This document shows, piece by piece, positions 33,621 through 48,600 of a stretch of 64,000 nucleotides of DNA. The DNA lies in the NCBI RefSeq assembly GCF_964204645.1, contig NC_134032.1:13504275-13568274 (forward strand). Direction: 5' to 3'. This DNA comes from Tubulanus polymorphus. Taxonomy: Eukaryota > Animalia > Nemertea. Position 1 is the stretch's first letter, and every line of letters starts with the position of its first letter. Position numbers and translations under genes: made by a program. A model generated the notes under the pieces. The model did not search any database. It had not been told where the DNA came from and saw only the letters and a program-made list of their open reading frames with translations.

Positions 33621-36600
33621 TTCGGAGATGTCGACAGCAGCGGCGTCGAGCCCGAAACTGAAAAACAGCCGAGCAGAATAGCCGTCGAATCGACGTTAAA
33701 CGGTAAGCGAGATCTGATGACTGACTTCTGGAATTCAATTCAATCAAATTCAATCCAAAACGAATCGTATTAATCAGATTATAGACACTTGCTCTAACAC
33801 CTGCTGAATGACTGAGGTATATACCGTTGTGCATTTGGAACAATTGCTTGAATTTTTTTTTCACTGGTTTTAGCTTATAATGTCAAGAATTTTATGGTTA
33901 ACAATTTGAAAAAGGGTTTGGTGCCAAGTCATTTTTGAATTGAAGAATTGAGAAATTCGTTGACGTTGTTAGAAATTGTTTTTTTTATTGATTTCTCAAA
34001 TTTTAACACAACTAAACCTGAACTTCCATCATCAATCGAATCGACCACTCATACTGTGAGAGTTACAGGAGTCATGTAAAAATATGTGTCTTAGGCCTAC
34101 ATAAAATCTGTTAATCGTAATTAGCACTTAGGCTAGTATCTGCACAAAGAACCCTATGTGAACTCCATAATATATCATTGTGCTGAATATTAAAATTAAC
34201 GATGCTACTGATTTAGTCTGCTGTGAGTTAGCCAGATAAAAAAAGAGGACAACTATAATGTATCCTTGCGCGGGGGAGGGGGGGCAGGGTAAAAAGGTGA
34301 CCTAACATAGTGTGTCACCAATCCCTTTAAATGTTCGCCACATTTCATTATTGCGATTTATGACTCTGGGTACAAACAACATCTCAGTGATGTACTCTGC
34401 TGTCATCATAGGTACGCTGATATTCTATATAAATTCAGGTCCATCTTTCGGTAGCCAACATAGTTAGGTTAGGTGCAATGAGCCGTCGGGTGCTGTCTCA
34501 TAACGGGATGTGTCAGGTGCACCTGGTTTGTGGCTGGAGCCGTTAACAGGTGCTATTGTTTACTAGGAATAGCCATAAGGTTCCACTGGTCTCCCAGCAG
34601 CTATCATCAGGTTTAATTGTTATTAGCATCCAAATCAGAATTGCAATTTGATAACCTAGCATCATTCATAAGGAGCAAATAATTGGTTTACCAATATGGT
34701 GTTATTACTTTCATCCTAGCTGGTGTCATCAGTCCGCAAAATGGGCTGCACCAGAGATGGGTCAAATAAATTACCAATCACACCCACAATACATCTGATG
34801 ACAGAATCGATCATTAAAGAATGAAATTGTGAAATTTCAGCAGAATATGCCTATTATTGACATTTCTGTTCAAGTCACCATCTTCGTCTGGAGAGCGCCT
34901 TTGATAATAGCCCTGCTATTTACAAGGCGCTATAGAAATTTACAATCCTATCCTATCCTATTATTTATCGGTGTTGAGAATATGGTAATACGGAGAGGGA
35001 GGAGGAGCTCGGAGAGAGGAGAGGTGAATGAAGGGGGGGGATAGGAAAATAAAGAGAAGGAGGGGAGATTGGAGAGAGGAGAGGTGAATAAAGAGGGGGA
35101 GGGGAGGTTGGAGAGGGGAGAGGTGAATAAAGAGGGGGAGGGGAGGTTGGAGAGGGGAGAGGTGAATAAAGAGGGGGAGGGGAGGTTGGAGAGGGGAGAG
35201 GTGAATAAAGAGGGGGAGGGGAGGTTGGAGAGGGGAGAGGTGAATAAAGAGGGGGAGGGGAGGTTGGAGAGGGGAGAGGTGAATAAAGAGGGGGAGGGGA
35301 GGTTGGAGAGGGGAGAGGTGAATAAAGAGGGGGAGGGGAGGTTGGAGAGGGGAGAGGTGAATAAAGAGGGGGAGGGGAGGTTGGAGAGGGGAGAGGTGAA
35401 TAAAGAGGGGGAGGGGAGGTTGGAGAGGGGAGAGGTGAATAAAGAGGGGGAGGGGAGGTTGGAGAGGGGAGAGGTGAATAAAGAGGGGTAGGGGAGGTTG
35501 GAGAGGGGAGAGGTGAATAAAGAGGGGGAGGGGAGGTTGGAGAGGGGAGAGGTGAATAAAGAGGGGGAGGGGAGGTTGGAGCGGGGAGAGGTGAATAAAG
35601 AGGGGGAGGGGAGGTTGGAGAGGGGAGAGGTGAATAAAGAGGGGGAGGGGAGGTTGGAGCGGGGAGAGGTGAATAAAGAGGGGGAGGGGAGGTTGGAGAG
35701 GGGAGAGGTGAATAAAGAGGGGGAGGGGAGGTTGGAGCGGGGAGAGGTGAATAAAGAGGGGGAGGGGAGGTTGGAGAGGGGAGAGGTGAATAAAGAGGGG
35801 GAGGGGAGGTTGGAGCGGGGAGAGGTGAATAAAGAGGGGGAGGGGAGATTGGAGAGGGGAGAGGCGAATAGATGTCAAGGAAATAAAGAATAAAGAAGGA
35901 GGGGAGAAGAGAGGAGAGGGAAATAGAGATGGGGAGGAGAGGGAAGTGAGAGATGTTTGGGTGGCACATAAGCCTACGATGTCATCTTTTATTCATAGAG
36001 ATCATCTTCAAAAACCTAAAAATCATCCGCGTCTCTGATGAAAATACTGTTGTGAAATACTCGGGTGGCAGATAACCGTACGTCGATACTGGTTTCGCGT
36101 CCGATCAGGTCGCGATTTCAGCTTTTTAATTCGTCCGTTTGAAATTTGAAAATCATCAGGGCGGATATTTCAAAATTTCGTCGTTATACTTCGAGGTGTT
36201 TTGGAAGATTTGGAATCAGTTCGAGCTGTTCGTTCGATGTCGTCCGTACGCAATTTTAGCCGCAATACGACGTCCTCGACATGTATTTATTTTTAGAAAG
36301 TTTACAACTTTTCGTCCTTCTAGAACGAAAAAAGATGATGTTGTTGTCGCGTTCGCGTGGCGAAGGTTAGTTTTCATTCATTTTCCTGGGGGAGGTTTTT
36401 TAGAATTTTTTTTTCGCAAGAGATTTTATTGTTCGTTATTTGTTGCACAAGTTTTACTGACAGACTTCAACGACGAGTTGAGACATAATTTTCGTCGGAA
36501 TGAATTGTTGATAGACACAACAGGGTTGAAACAGATCTGAGAAATGAGAGGAATTACAGAGTTACTCTTCTCCGTCGATTCCTCTTTCCGACTCCTTGAA

Positions 36601-39600
36601 AATCAGGACAAAGTCAGGGATTTGAGTTTTTGGTGTCTTGATGTTCTTTTTGAACTGACAAGCGGCATGAACAACTGTGAGAGTGGATCCTGAGTTCAGA
36701 GTTAACTCGATATCACAACTGTGGAACTGTATTCTGAGATCAGAGTAAACTGGATCCTGAGTTGATTCTAACTCACAACTGTAGATCTCTATTTTCCTAT
36801 TGTGGAACTGGATCATGAGTTCAGAGTCAACTCTTAGTCAGAACTGCAGAACTGGATTCTGAGTTCAGAGTTAACTTGATATCACAACTGTGGAACTGGA
36901 TCCTGAGTTCAGAGTTAACTCTTAGTCAGAACTGTGGACCTGGATCCTGAGTTCAGGGTTAACTCTATATCACAAATGTAGAACTGGATCCTGAGTTCAG
37001 AGTTGATTCTAACTCACAACTGTAGAACCGGATACCGAGGTCAGGGCTATCTCTATTTTAAAACTGTGGAACTGGATCCTGAGTTCAGAGTCAACTCTTA
37101 GTCAGAACTGTAGAACTGGATCCTGAGTTCAGAGTGGATGCTAATGCAACTGTGAAACTGGATCCTGATTCTAACTCATAACTGTAGAACCGGATACCGA
37201 GTTCAGGGCTATCTCTATTTTAGAACTGAGGAACTGGATCCTGGATTATTTTCTTGGTGCAAATATTGTATTTGTTTACAAGCATGTTTTGGTAGGATGA
37301 TTAGCTGTGTTAGCGACTAGGAGCGCTGTCTCCTACGCGGTCAACATCTGCCTGTTCGCTGGATCTTATTTCGATTCAGCGGTTATTAAATATTGAATTG
37401 AAAGTACGCATGCCCGCGTAGCCGTCTGTCTGTCGTACAATAGGCACGTGGTGGTGGTGTATATGGAGATTTTCCTAGAAAACAAGACTAGACTCGTACT
37501 AAGTTCCACGTCATCTCTAAAAATGACTATCATTCATCATTCACGTCGTAGATAGATAGAGAACAGTCTGCTGCTGCTGATATCTGGTTGATTACATCTT
37601 CCTCGGATGGAAGTGTAAATCATATTAGAAACGTATAAACGGATTTCGGGAGTGTGTTCGGGTTGTGGTGAGTGCTCTGCAAATTTAATAAAACGCCGCT
37701 GGATAGGTATTGATATCCGTGGTTGATCTCAGAAACATGATCTTCAGCCGCGATCGCACACGGACGGACGGATGTGATTTGGTCCCGGTTAAATCGGCCC
37801 GGACCAGACCTGAGTCGATGCGTCCACACTTTGATCACTTGTTACTCAAATGCTATATAAGTGGATGCTGTATGGAAAGTGAGGCAATTTGACACATGAA
37901 CCTGTTCTGATATTTTTGTTTGGGCCAAATATGGAGCCCTTTGACAAATGCGTGCATAGATCCATTTGGCACCAGCTACATCTGGCCCCGATAAAAAAAG
38001 TGCTTGTAAGCGTGATCGTGGCTTGGCCTTTTACGGAACATGCTTGTTGTCTTACTTGAGGAACAGTTGTCAAAAGACGAAAGGGAGATTGCTAATTGAT
38101 TAAGCTGAGATGGTGAAGGGGGGCTGAAAGGTCTAGATCCAGTCCCATAGTTGTGAGTTAGATTTTGACATTGCAGACCCGTCACCCAGGGAGATGCTGT
38201 GGGTGTGAAAATATCTCGCCTCCCCATAAGATCCCGAGTTCCACCAATTTTTGTCAAAGAAAATTTTCAGTGATTTTGTTACGAAAAATTCAATAACGTT
38301 GGTTGGAAATGCATCTTCAACGCTTGAAATTTTCAAAATTTTCTTGGAGAAGACCTTAGAGCTGAACAATCAGTTCTTCTTAAATGAGTTGCCTCGGAAT
38401 CACTGGAACTGAATCTGTGTCCGGTTTCCATACAGTTAACTATGAGTCATTTAGTCGAGTCTCACCTCGCAACTGTAAAAATGGGTTCTGGTAAAATAAT
38501 AAGTAGGGAACTGGGCAGAATTATGTGTATTTGGTAAAAAAAGAAATGATTGTAGTTCATCGTGAAACCATTTGAAATGAAGAGACTTAATAACCAACGA
38601 ATACTGATTATTAGACCCTGGATATGACGACCAAATTACTAAGAATTGATTTAGTCATGTATGTATGAGTGTGTGGTGTGTTGAATGATTCCAGGGTAGT
38701 CAAAATAAAGAGAGAGAGAGAGACTAGATATGTTGCAATCGCTCCTGTATCGAGACAGTGAGACAATGACGTAGACCCGTTAGACTGTGGTGCTTGTTTA
38801 CCGTAGCGACGAGATAACTACAGCGCGTTGTCAGGTTGGGACAATGAGAAGGGTGGAGGCCGTACTAGATTTTGAAATATCATTTAAGAGGACTTGAAAT
38901 TTGATTATTATTATCAAATGAATTGATTGGCTGGAGTAATGTGGACCTAATGGGCCTTGAGGTCAACTCATACCTGTGGAACTGGGTGTTGAGACAAATA
39001 AAACTCACGCGACTATCTAACTGGATTCCAATGCATTATTTGTTAAGACATTGACTTTGATTATCAGGAACATGTGGTGCATTGTATTGCATCACCTTCA
39101 AAACATGACAGCTCGTCGGCCTGTTGACATTGACCACGTCAGCATTGTGAATGTGGGGGAAACCAAGATATAGATTGGAAATTATTCACTCCCAGTTTTT
39201 CCACGGAACTATACCAGACATCATTGAATACTTCTAATGACAGTAATTCTTCTGTGATCCTGTATAGGTATGTTTAATTAGCTGTGTTCTGTTCATGCAG
39301 GTTTGAATCTGTGTGAAGTGTGGACTGGGCTCATAAATGTCTGATCAGACTCTTCGCATGTCTGGTGTTTGCAGGTGTTAAGTCCTGAACACCGGTGAAG
39401 TGTGGACGATCAGTTTTTGAGTGTTTGTAGTTGATGTTCGATCAAAATGTCTCGTGTGTGATGTCACTAGATGGTGGCTGTACGGATGATACCTGCATTG
39501 ACTTAGCTTGAAAACAATTTCGCAAACTTTCGTAGATGTCTTGATTTAGAAGTACATTAGGTAGAGAATTTGCATATTTCTTTTACTTTAAAAAAAGAAA

Positions 39601-42600
39601 ATGTTTTCAAATGTCCTAGAATTTGAATCATTGTTTGTATATTGATAATTTCGGAGATGTCTTGATTTAGTGCAGGTTTAGAATTTGTATTTTTTACATT
39701 AAAAATGAAAATGCTTTAACACGTCGTAGAATTTAAATCATTGTTTGTATATTGATAATTTGTTGTCTGATAGTAGTACACAAAGAACCCGTCATAGGGT
39801 GCCTGGATTTGGGGTGGAAGAAGAATTTCCTACGGTATTGCATCATAATCATTGTAGTGAAAATATTATTATTAGAGACTCGTTGAACTTTGTACCATGT
39901 GAATGTGACCTCAGTTAGTAGTTTATACATTGCGGTAAAAACAAGTCCCAGATCAAAATAGGCTGTTCGTACGTAAGTAGCGTTTTCATATAATATTTGC
40001 CCTTTTGGCCTACTGTAGATAGTCGCGCACCAGTCGCGCAGTCAATGCTTTAAGACTTGTAAGATATACTGATTGTAATCTTAAGAATTTTGACATTTTT
40101 AAGAATTTTGACATTTTTGGACTTGCGTTCGAACTGGGCCTTATAGTTTAGGATAAAACTGAACTGATCACTATAAGCGGGGCCATGGTCTTAGTTTTAG
40201 TGATCTAATTCCTTAAACTTAAGACCTCAGGTAGTCTTAGGATGCCCAGATGTTCGGGAATATGGGTTTTTAGTTGTGACTTAATTGCCCAAACCCTATG
40301 ACCTATGATAGTCTTAAGATCTGTGAGAATAGGCGGTCTTAGTTTGTGACCTAATTCCTCGAACCCGGGACCTAAGATGATCTTAGTTTTAAGTATAGGT
40401 GCCCCCTCCCAATCAAACCCCCGATTTATGATGTTCGCAGGTTTAGCGTTGTCTGTAAGATTTAAGAAGATTTCGTTCTAAAATCTACGAAATTAGACTG
40501 AGCTTTAATTAACTAGACTCAGAATTGGTTTAAGTCATAGACTCATTTTTCAGTGGGGATAAGTCTTTTCATGGATTCTAGAGTCCATGGTCTTTTTAAA
40601 ACCCTTTCAGTGCTGATTGATTAATATCCTATAGTGCTGGAGATAATTTGAAAATATCAAAAAATTCCACCCTAATGGGAATACCACTATAGTGCATTTA
40701 CACCGAGGTGCGGTGTATCGTTAGTTACTAGTATTTCACTATGTTTGACAGTTGCTGCCATTTTTCAGGAGAGATAATTACTAATTACTGATTACATCAA
40801 TACACCGCAGTGCGGTGTACTAGCAAAATATATCACTGATTTATACACTGCACTGCGGTGTAGACGCACTGAAAGGGTTAAAGAATTTCCTTCTTTTGCG
40901 TACACACGCTCGAGGAAGTGATGGTATTTCCTCTGTCGTAAATACTGACATTCCGTAGTAGTATAACGCACGTATTCAATAAACCGGTATTTATAGCATG
41001 GCCGGGGCGCGTTGTTGTCGGTTCACAGATAATCACCTGTTTAAATCGTCATGAGATCCGTCTGTTTATATTTCTAATAATCAATTCGGCACCCGATTTT
41101 TAAAAGATCGCAAGAAGTTATTTCATCAGTATCTACAGTAGTACGCACGCATACAGTTAGATGGATGAATTAGCTTCTGGTGTCTGAGGTGTAAATGAAA
41201 GTTTGACTAACAGCGCAAAGAGATGGTTATTTAGGATATATTTAAACAGACTTTACGCAGGAGGGGGTCGTTTGAATATGTAACTATGTTTGAAAATTGT
41301 TCTTAAAATGCCTGGACCTGAAGTTCTGCGTTCTAAGTGAAGAATCGACTCTTAAGAGATGAAACAAATTGGAAGGATCCAATTTGACTCTTGAGTCAAA
41401 GTGAATGAACTGGATCTAGGGGTATATTGTTTACCTGCTATAGCTCGTCAACCCGCAGAAGGTAGTCCTCGGTTTACGGAACGGGGTGGCGCCACTGACC
41501 CGAAAAACCTGACAAATTTGGGGAATCCGAAAAATCACTGATAATTCAGATATTCTGGAAAATCTGGAAAATGCAGGTAATTTGAAAATGGGTGGAAAGT
41601 GGCTTCACTCTGCAAGATGCTTGACTTGTGGAACCGAGTCCAGAGTAGCAAAAATTGGATTGGTTAGAGCGCCCCCTTCTGACTAAAATTGTCAACGTTT
41701 CACCGTTTTATCTTACAGAATCCGTTCCTGGGACGACAACGATGACATCAGCGGCGGCAGCGCCCCCTAGTGGCGGTAATTGTCGCGAGATGGAACGCGA
41801 GATCGGAGAGATTTTGGATTCGATCGCGGTGAAGGAAACGCGTTTGAAAGCGTTGAGCGTGAAACCGGAGGACAGCATGCAGGTGCAGCTACGCGCGTTG
41901 AGAGCGGAGAAAAACAACGCTATTCAACAACGACGAGACAAAATCAATCCGGAACTTACAGCTCTCAATAAACACATCACTAAAAAGGTAATCCCTGAAT
42001 CCTCTGTAGAATTTGAGATTTCTGTTCCTCATCCACTGTGGGATACTCAGGGCATTGTTAGCAGGTTCCCTTCAGCCCACTGCGGGCCACTCAGGGCATT
42101 GCTAGCAGGTTCCCTTCAGCCCACTGCGGGCCACTCAGGGCATTGTTAGCAGGTTCCCTTCAGCCCACTGCGGGCCACTCAGGGCATTGGTGGCAGGTTC
42201 CCTTCAGCCCACTGCGGGCCACTCAGGGCATTGTTAGCAGGTTCCCTTCAGCCCACTGCGGGCCACTCAGGGCATTGCTAGCAGGTTCCCTTCAGCCCAC
42301 TGTGGGATATTCAGGGCATTGTTAGCAGGTTCCCTTCAGCCCACTGCGGGCCACTCAGGGCATTGCTAGCAGGTTCCCTTCAGCCCACTGTGGGATATTC
42401 AGGGCATTGTTAGCAGGTTCCCTTCAGCCCACTGCGGGCCAATCTGGGCATTATTTGCAGGTTCAATTCAGCCCACTGCGGACCACTCAGGGCATTGTTA
42501 GCAGGTTCCCTTCAGCCCACTGCAGACCACTCAGGGCATTGGTGGCAGGTTCCCTTCAGCCCACTGCGGGCCACTCTAAGCATTGGAAACCGGTTTTACC

Positions 42601-45600
42601 GTTCAATCTGCTAAAAGCACTGAAGGCATTATAAGCAGGTTTGAGATTGTTTCATCCTTTAACCCTTCGAGTGTCTCTCAGGGCATTATGAGACGTTCAG
42701 GCGCGAACGGAAGCAATTTCTGGATGCTGCAAATTTATTTTAATTTCGCTAAAAAAAAATGATATTCAAAGAATGTCATTCAGTAAAAACTCGTAAAAAC
42801 ATAATAAGCAGGTTCAATTCAGCCCACTGTGGGCCGGCCACTCTGGGCTTTGTTATTAGTTTGAGGTTTTTTCCTCTTAACACCCACTGGGCATCACTTG
42901 GGCATTGGGCACCACTCGGGCATTTATTTAGAGTGTTCACTGTTCCCCTCCCTGGATGTAAAACCTCTCTGAATGGTTTAATTGCAAGATTGATCGAAGA
43001 TGACGCGAATTAACAAAGACATGAAATTTGAGTGAACTTCTTTTGATTCATCTCGCCCCCAACGTCCCACAGGTGTCTAAGTATGAAAATGAAATTGACA
43101 GATTTATCTAATGCTGGAAGCTATTTAGCTTATCGTTTGTATATCAGGAAATCCTATGTATCCTCTCCGATACTAGATATAACATTTGACCTTCGATACG
43201 TCTATGCTATACGCACTGATCTACCAACTGTGGCGTATTGTGTCAACAAGTTGATTCAATGATTCATCATATAATTATTCCGATTCAGGGGCGTTAGTTA
43301 TAAATCAGTTTACACAATGCGATTATACCTATCATTATGTACGAGTTCAACAACTGTTTATAAGTTCATCTGCTGACGATCTTTCAGTTGTTATTTTGTA
43401 TTCACTGTTTTTGTCAGTATGATAAAGGAGGTTCTATATATAGACCTGGTTTACTCCGGGATGCCATTTCAGATCTAAAGACGTGTAAAATCTATATTAT
43501 TTCATCCGAAATAAGAAATTTTAACAAAACAATTCATCTTGAACAGACTATAGGTTTTCCGATGCCCTGAAGTTCATCGTAAAGACATTCCATTTGTCTG
43601 TAGAACTATCAGTTGTAACGAACAGACTTTCTGTTGCCTTGAAGTTCATTGTAATGATGTTTCGTTGTCTATAGAACTATTGGTTATAACGGACAGATTT
43701 TCTGGTGCCTTGAAGTTCGTTATAACGAGGTTCTACCAGCGGCCTAGAACTATCGGTTATAACAAATAGATTTTCCAGTGCCCTGGGGCCGGTTCCACAG
43801 TTCTGAGTTAAATTTGACCCTCGAGTTAATACATTTAAACTGAACTGATTTTAACTCAGAGTTAACTCTAACTCACAACTGTGGAACCGGGTCCAGAAGT
43901 TCATTTTAATGAGGTTCCATTATAACCTATTTTTCAATATTTTTTTGCCGTTACAAATATGACATTTTTCGTCGCAATTCTGTCGAAATTAAATTTATTT
44001 AGAGTTCAAACGATAGACACGATTATTACCAGAGTCTGTGATGTGTACAGTTTCACAAATAAATTCTTACTCAAATCATTCTGAATGCTAATCGATTTGG
44101 GGAGTTTAATTGTGTTTTGATGTAATCTGGCGCTAAACTAACGAGATACTACTGTATGTATTAGACAGCCGTGAGTAATAAGTGACCTTCGAACGAGTAA
44201 TGACCTTCAAATAACGTTAGTCACTATTTGTTTACTATCGCTTGTAGTAGTACAGGAGATACACACACACCTCGACACGTGCTGAATCACATGGCTAATT
44301 AACATAATGATAGCGGTATCGCCATCTAGTGGCTGAATATAGAAATAATCTTTAGTTAAATCATTTTGATAGGTTTCACGCTATGAATGGAGCTCGGTCA
44401 TTGGGAAAGTACACAACGTACTGTTAAAAAAATAGCAGATTTTCAAACCTCCCCCTGGACTCCATGACTGAAATTTTAAGCATTGTGTTCATTCATAAGA
44501 TGTGAACATGTGTATGTGCCTTAAGAATTTGGTATGGTCTCCGGATCCACCTGAGTTTTATATTTTGAAACCCTGATATACCGCCCTCCCATATACCCCC
44601 ACCCCCGCCTACCGCCAGGTATTCTCAATGTACATTTCAATACAAATACATAATAAAACATCCCCGATATACCACCCTCCCATATACCGCCACCCCTGCC
44701 TACCGCCAGGTTTTCTCAATGTACATTTCAATACAAATACATAATAAAACATCCCCGATATACCACCCTCCCATATACCGCCACCCCCGCCTACCGCCAG
44801 GTATTCTCAATGTACATTTCAATACAAATACATAATAAAACATCCCCGATATACCACCCTCCCATATACCGCCACCCCTGCCTACCGCCAGGTTTTCTCA
44901 ATGTACATTTCAATACAAATACATAATAAAACATCCCCGATATACCACCCTCCCATATACCGCCACCCCTGCCTACCGCCAGGTTTTCTCAATGTACAAC
45001 TCTATACAAAGACATAATAAAACATCCCTGATATACCGCCAAAATCATTCTGCACCGATGTGGGCGGTATATCCGGGGTTAACTGTAGTTTGAAAATAGT
45101 GTCTAAATTTCTTTTGGTGAAATTTTCCTTCAGAAAGACGAGCTATCGAAGATAAAGATTGGTTTACCGTATCGGTCGGAGGCTCGCATTGAAGAGACGA
45201 TCAGACGCCTCGAGTCCGAACTGAAAAACCGCAACTTCAAACTGAGCGAGGAGAAAAAGATCGTCGCCGAAATCGACGGTTTGAAACGTTCGAAGAAATC
45301 GCTCGCGTAAGTGTCTGTTTATCGGCGGTTTAACGGTGTCGGTTGATTTCGAATTTCAAAATGTGCGTAATTTTTTTTCCTTTGTGTTCAGAAAAGCGAA
45401 TATTATGGAAGCGGAGTTGAATAAATTGAAGGACGGACAAAAACAGTTGAGACAGGATGGAGAGGTAATTCATATACCCTGTACCCCCTCAGACAATCTG
45501 CTGTCTGTACTCTGCACCCCCTCAGACAATCCGCTGTCTGTATCCTGTACCCCTTCAGACAATCTGCTGTCTGTTCCCTGTACCCACTCAGACAATCTGC

Positions 45601-48600
45601 TGTCTGTACCCTGCACCCCCTCAGACAATCTGCTGTCTGCACCTTGAAACACCTCAATCTGCTGTCTGCACCTTGAAACACCTCAATCTGCTGTCTGTAC
45701 CCTGTACCCACTCAGACAATCTGCTGTCTGTACCCTGCACCCCCTCAGACAATCTGCTGTCTGCACCTTGAAACACCTCAATCTGCTGTCTGCACCTTGA
45801 AACACCTCAATCTGCTGTCTGTACCCTGCACCCTCTCAGACAATCTGCTGTCTGTACCCTGTACCCCTTCAGATAATCTGCTGTCTGTACTGTGCACCCC
45901 CTCAGACAATCTGCTGTCTGTACCCTGCACCCCTTCAGACAATCTGCTGTCTGTACCCTGCACCCCCTCAGACAATCTGCTGTCTGTACCCTGCACCCCT
46001 CAGACAATCTGCTGTCTGTACCCTGCAGCCTCTCAGACAATCTGCTGTGTGTACCCTGTACCCCTTCAGATAATCTGCTGTCTGTACTCTGCACCCCCTC
46101 AGACAATCTGCTGTCTGTACCCTGCACCCCTTCAGACAATCTGCTGTCTGTACCCTGTACCCCCTCAGACAATCTGCTGTCTTTACCCTGCAGCCTCTCA
46201 GACAATCTGCTGTCCGTACCCTGTACCCTCTCTGACAATCTGCTGTCTGTTTCCTGTACCCCTCAGACAATCTGCTGTCTGTACCCGGCACCTCTCAGAC
46301 AATCTGCTGTCTGTACCCTGCACCCCCTCAGACAATCTGCTGTCTTTACCCTGCAGCCTCTCAGACAATCTGCTGTCCGTACCCTGTACCCTCTCTGACA
46401 ATCTGCTGTCTGTTTCCTGTACCCCTCAGACAATCTGCTGTCTGTACCCGGCACCTCTCAGACAATCTGCTGTCTGTACCCTGCACCCTCTCAGACAATC
46501 TGCTGTCTGTATCCTGTACCCCTCAGACAATCTGCTGTCTGTACCCTGCACCCTCTCAGACAATCTGCTGTCTGTACCCTGCACCTCTCAGACAATCTGC
46601 TCTCTGTACCCTGCACCCCTCAGACAATCTGCTGTCTGTACCCTGTACCCCTTCAGACAATCTGCTGTCTGTACCCTGCACCCTCTCAGATAATTGCTGT
46701 CTGTACCATGCGCCTGTTTGGACCATCACTTCGTGATTGGAGAAGTCTGGATGATCAGTTTTCTATCTCTGTGGGGGGTAAAAAACAATTCATTTTAATT
46801 AATTTTCAAATATGAATGCTTTGAGTCCAGATAGGAGACTGGGTGAACTGTACACATTCAGTGCTTGTAAGGAAGGCAATACTGGTCTGAGGTGTTGGAT
46901 ACCGACTGCTGGTTGACACTATTCTGTTATCCAAGAATCGTCCTTCATCAAAATCTCTGTTTCGCATTTCAGTTTTACTTCAAGAAAGTTTCGTCGTTGA
47001 AATCGCAAGAAACGGAACTGAAAAAGAAAATGCAGAACGCGATGGTCGAAAGCGAAGGCCTGAAACGAGGTGCGTAAACCTAATACACTTCTATTTAGTT
47101 GGATTTTTATCCGATAGATGGCGAGTTTGTTGCTGGTTTGAGGGTCTACTGTTTACATGGACCAGTTAAACTCAAACTTTGATTTAGTTGCTATCGCTGA
47201 GTTCCTACGACTCCTTGATTGCTTGAAAACTCTTTTTTAACAGAACATGCTTTTAAAGTTGCTTGAAACTCCTTTGATTTGAGTAAAATGCCCCAAAGCT
47301 CGTTTAAAACTCCTCTAATTTTGAGAGTTAAGAAGTTGTACATTAGACTATGCCTAATTCAGTACAGTTAGGTTGTTACTGAATAAAAAACAGAGTTTAG
47401 CAGTGTAATGGATAACTATATGCTTTGAATCTACTGTAATTGGGATATAAAAGTGATGCTTCCTCAAAATTTGAAAATGTTCTCCTTTAAAACTCATTAT
47501 ATCATAGAATGACCGATCTGTTCGAACCCTTTTATGGCGCAATGTTTATAAGCTCTTACTGAAATACGATGTTCCGTTAGCATTTATGTTAAGTTTTATG
47601 GAACTGATGAAAGTTATTTTCTTGTCCTCGCGCACGTGCAGAAATTGATGAACTACACGACCGTAAGCGCACTCTACAGATGGAGTTGAAAAAACAGGAA
47701 AAGCAGAAGATCGACATTCGTAAACGCCATCGACAGGAGAGCATGCAGAAACGTGCGCGAGAGAGGTTGGATAAAGAGGAGCGACTACGTAAAGAACAGT
47801 AAGTTTAAACTGCATTCTTGCTTAGCGGGTCAATTTTAATCAATTTTGATTTCAAATTGGATTTTGAGACTGGAGTTTAATTTGGTTATAGAACCAAAAT
47901 GAGCTTAGGCTGGTCTTAAAATACTAGATAGGTTACTGAACCAAAATGAACTAGACTTGTCTAAGAGTTGTAAGATTGGTTAAGGTTATAGAACCAAAAC
48001 GAGCTTAAACTCGTCCTCAGTTGCTGGATTGGTTATAGAACCAAAATGAACTAGAATGGTCTTAAATTGTTTGGTTATAGAACTGAAATGAGCTTTGACT
48101 GGTCTCAAGTTTTGAGGTCTTATGTCTTAGACTTGTTTGGCTATACGGGTGTTGCAGAGGTCCAAACAAGCCTTCAACACTGGTCGTAGATCTAAGCATT
48201 TGTCTCAATTTTGAAGTAGATTTTAGATTGATTGTATTTGTAAAAGGCAAAAAACCTCAAGTGGTGAATATTCTTAATTGATTGTTTTGCCTCATGTTCT
48301 GTTTTGAATTTCTTGAAAGGGAGGAAATCGTTGCCTTACGCGAACCGTATGAAGAGGAGCGCCATCTATGCGCGACATTGGTCACATACTTACAGCGTTA
48401 CTTAACGACGAGCAACGATCAACAACAACAACAACAACAACAACAACAGCAGCAGACGATATTAATGTCATCATCTAACTCACTGGATCTCAGTCCTCGC
48501 AGTCCTCGAGAGGCACCTGCTGCATCTGCTTCTTCTGTACCCGGTAAATTATTGCTTTCAATATGATAACGCCAGGGCTTCCTATTTTCCTATTTTTTCC

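Noticed and set aside
34961-35969. Long extensin-like and LERGEVNKEGEGR-repeat ORFs
   Set aside because: Translations of a 39-bp intronic minisatellite that is open in several frames on both strands.
36036-36066. CTGATGA...GAAA hammerhead-like core (also 58105-58125)
   Set aside because: No convincing stem II or stem I and none of the family's downstream boxes.
45403-46693. Cys-rich and SDNLLSVPCTP-repeat ORFs
   Set aside because: Translations of an intronic minisatellite whose units vary by frameshifting indels.
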